64,000 nt of DNA. Source: the human T2T-CHM13v2.0 reference genome, Homo sapiens. The stretch lies in assembly GCF_009914755.1 (NCBI RefSeq), contig NC_060947.1. One strand, given 5' to 3'. How positions within the stretch are numbered: the first letter of the stretch is position 1; every line of letters begins with the position of its first letter. A model generated the notes under the pieces. That model was not told where the DNA came from. It saw nothing but the letters and a program-made list of their open reading frames with translations, and did no database searches. Of the stretch, positions 61,022 to 64,000 are shown one piece after another. The position numbers were made by a program, and so were the translations under genes.

Positions 61022-61235
61022 TATTTCTTTCTTTTTCTTTCTTTCTCTTTCTCTGTCTCTCTTTCTTTCTCTCTTTTCTTTCTCTCTGTCTCTCTTTCTC
61101 TTTTCTGTCTGTCTCTCTTTCTTTCTCTCTCTCTCTTTCTATTTCTTTCTCTCTCTTTCCTCTTTCTTTCTTTCTCTCTCTCTCTCTCTTTCTCTCCTTC
61201 CTTCCTTCCTTCCCGACTTCTCTTTTTCTTTTTTT
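60951..61235. repeat. (TTTC)n/(TC)n polypyrimidine tract
   Basis: About 285 bp of almost pure C/T on the + strand, adjoining an Alu monomer tail. Confidence 0.95.
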
Positions 61236-61383
61236 TAAAGATGGGGTCTTGCTCTGCCAGGAGGCTGCAGTGCAGTGGCACTACCATAGCTCACGGCAGC
61301 CTTAAGCTCCTGGGCTCAAGTGATGCTCCCACCTCAACCTTCCAAAGTCCTGGGACTACAGGTCCTGGCTACCATGCCCAGCT
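61236..61383 (-). mobile_element. FRAM/AluJ right monomer
   Basis: gatggggtcttgctctg...catagctcacggcagcctt...ctcctgggctcaagtgat...ccatgcccagct. Confidence 0.85.
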
Positions 61384-62267
61384 CACAGAATTTCTTTATG
61401 ATTGGGCCATATGTCTTTTTTTATGAATACATATATTATTTAAAAATATTTTTGCGGCCTTTGAGAATTTAACTTGGAAGATATTAAAAGAGAGGGTTTA
61501 AGTTGGTAAAAAAATTATTTCTGAAAACAAAAAGTATAAGGCTATTATTCATACTCATGAAGCAGATACTTCATGTGAGTCTGTTGCGCTGTTTTCTCTG
61601 AGTTCTGAGATCTTTCCTGACTCCTTTTTTGACTTCTGAAGGCACATTGAGGGCACGTCTGTGTTTATTGAAACAAATGACCTGATAAACGTGCGATTGC
61701 AGAGCCAGTTGTTCCTCTAGCTGTAGGGAATGTTTCACATTGCACTTAGACCCTAATCCTCCCAAAGATAGTCCATAGGATTAAAGGCTCTAGTACTGTC
61801 ATTCTGGTGTTTTGGTTAGCTCACTATTTAAAACGCTTGCCTTTTTCTGAACTGAAGTTGTCTTCAGTGTATTTCACTCCCTCCCAAGGTTGCTTGATGA
61901 GCTGACAATTGATTCCTACAGTCTCGCTGGGAGATGAGGAATTTTTACAATTTCCTACTATCTAAATACAATTCTATTTTTGCAGTATCTCCATGCCCTA
62001 GTTTGGTCCCCTTGTTTCTTCTTTATAATGATTTAGCTTTTCTCACCTTTTCTCTACTTGTTGAGGGAGATTGACTCCAGGAATAATGTGGACAGGCTTG
62101 ATTTCATCTGTACCAAAAATTATTTAAGCCCATAAAGTCTATATGTATGGACATTCACAGTGCCTGATATTAGCTACCTTTTGTTGAGTGCTTATGTGAG
62201 CAAAACACTAAGCTAAGAAATTTACATATATTATCTTATCACATCCTTACAGCACCCACTTGAAGCA

Positions 62268-62657
62268 TGTTATGGGCTGAATTGTGTGACCCTCCCCAGT
62301 TGATATGTTGCAGTCTTAACCCGTAGTCCCTCAGGATGTGATCTTATGTGGCCTTTAGAGAGGTAATAAAGGTAAAACGAGATGATTAAGGTGTGTCCTT
62401 ATAAAAAGGGGAAATTTGGATACAGGCATGTGTGTGGGGAGAACATCATGTGAACATGAGGACAGCCATCTACAAGCCAAGGGAAAAGGTCCGGAAGAGA
62501 TCCTTCTCTCACAGCCCCTAGGAGAAACCAACTCTGCAGACACTGTGATCTCAGCCTTTTAGCCCCCAGAATTGTGAGATGATACTTTTCTGTTGTTTAA
62601 GTAACCTTTCTCCAAGTTTGTGGTGCTTTGTTATAGCAATCCTAGCAGACTAATGCA
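62268..62657 (+). mobile_element. MLT1A/B-type MaLR solo LTR inserted in an antisense MIR
   Basis: TG...CA termini (tgttatgggctgaattgtgt...cctagcagactaatgca); MIR halves on both sides (~62150-62267 and 62658-62780). Confidence 0.88.
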
Positions 62658-64000
62658 AGAGAGTATTACTATTAACCCCACTCTACAGATGAATAAGCTG
62701 AGGTGCAGAAATGTAACTGACATGTGCAAGGTCACAAAGTAAATAAGGGCAAAGCTGAGATTTGAACCCAGTTCAGTCTCACATGAGAATCTGCTCCCCG
62801 TTGTCATGTGCTATTTGCCTACAGTCTCTGGCTAGCCCGCAAGACTAGCTTATTATTGTACCTCCTTGAATTTTATAACTACACAGCAAAACAATAGTCA
62901 CTTAAAAGCCATATTGAAATGATTTTTACTTTTAAGAACTTTTTTGGGGGAGAGGCAGGGAAAAGGCATAGCTGGGAGATAGATGCACTTATTACTGAGA
63001 AATTGTTCCTGGGGCACCCAGAGCAATATTTCTTAGCCTAAAGCTGTCAAGTCAATATTGCCCAACAAATGGCCTTCTGTAGTCATTGTCGCTCCCTGCA
63101 ATGTGGGGCTCTGAGACTCAGTTTAGTCGTTTGCTGGGATACTTCCTGAGACTGGTTAGGCCAGCACAATCTGATTTCTTTCCTTTTGTTCATGTTGGAA
63201 AGTGATGGAAAGGCAGAACAAGCACTAAATCACTTCTATTCTGTGTGTTCAAAGGCTGGTTTTAAGTTACTTTCTGTGAAACAGTTGAGCCTAAATTTAC
63301 TTGATGTGGATACAAAAGTTTCTCTGTGGAAACATATCGGGCTTATTAGAGACTCTCCCAGGGTAGGACAACAGTTTGGATTATGTAGCAAAACATTTCA
63401 AACCAAGTACTATGTGCTAATGGTTTATATACAAGTGATAAGATAAAAGGGCCTTTTGGAGTTATGCTCGAAGACACTAATTAAATTCGCATCAACAAGT
63501 CAACATATTGGTCTCATATGGATTTGAGCACTTTGGAAATGCTTTTGTTTTGATACAATTAATTAAATTCACACATTTTGCTGATATTGATTAGTCACCT
63601 TAAAACACAGATGGCAAAAGTTGAAGCTTTGAATAGCACTTTTGAATGCATTTCTATGTTGCTGAGTAAATTAGAATAGTTTTTCCTTTCAAGGAGCTAA
63701 TTGACTCGAATTTTCAAAATTTCATGGCAGATAGTGAACAGTTGATTCTTTCTCAACAAATTCAATCCAAATGATGCATGCTTTTACTTAACTGCTACAG
63801 GCTTAACTGCAGTTTTAAATTATTCTCAAAGCAGAGGCAATAAAGCATTTCAGTAAATATGTCTCAAAGGAGAAGTTAGGAAGAAAAAGCACAAGTATTC
63901 CCAGTAGCCACTGTTCAGGTCACTGTTTGAAACTACAAGGCACATGTCAAAGAATTATGACCTGCCATGGGCAGTATTTTTCAGTTAGGAGCTTATAAAT

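Noticed and set aside
60908-61426. 172-aa Phe/Leu/Ser-rich membrane-like ORF and the opposite Lys/Arg/Glu-rich ORF
   Set aside because: Translation of a CT microsatellite.

Overview
Primate (almost certainly human or great-ape) non-coding DNA, intergenic or intronic. I see no host protein-coding exon, RNA gene or CRISPR array. Much of the window is interspersed repeat: about 13 Alu/Alu-monomer copies, many MIR, L2 and old L1M fragments, four MaLR (MLT1) solo LTRs, several hAT and Tigger DNA-transposon MITEs, and one full-length, ORF-disrupted L1PA3-like element on the minus strand (~37155-43321). The main non-repeat landmark is a CpG island (~14550-15600) with a near-consensus CTCF motif, followed by a homeodomain/TCF/TEAD motif-rich block that looks like a conserved enhancer. 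The most unusual structures read directly from the sequence are: (1) a 355-bp, ~92%-identical local inverted duplication (27513-27867 / 29693-30047) that copies an LTR together with its flank; (2) a ~180-bp L1 insertion folded into a 49-bp-arm hairpin; (3) an L1 ORF0 frame open for 174 codons across the L1 5' end into an Alu; (4) an Alu+L1 block bounded by one 16-bp TSD; (5) three perfect AGGTCA half-sites at DR5 spacing inside an LTR; (6) a MER33 split by three nested insertions. I found no evidence for a new protein-based biological system. Repeat subfamily names come from my recall of Dfam/Repbase consensus sequences and need RepeatMasker confirmation. I did not identify the locus.
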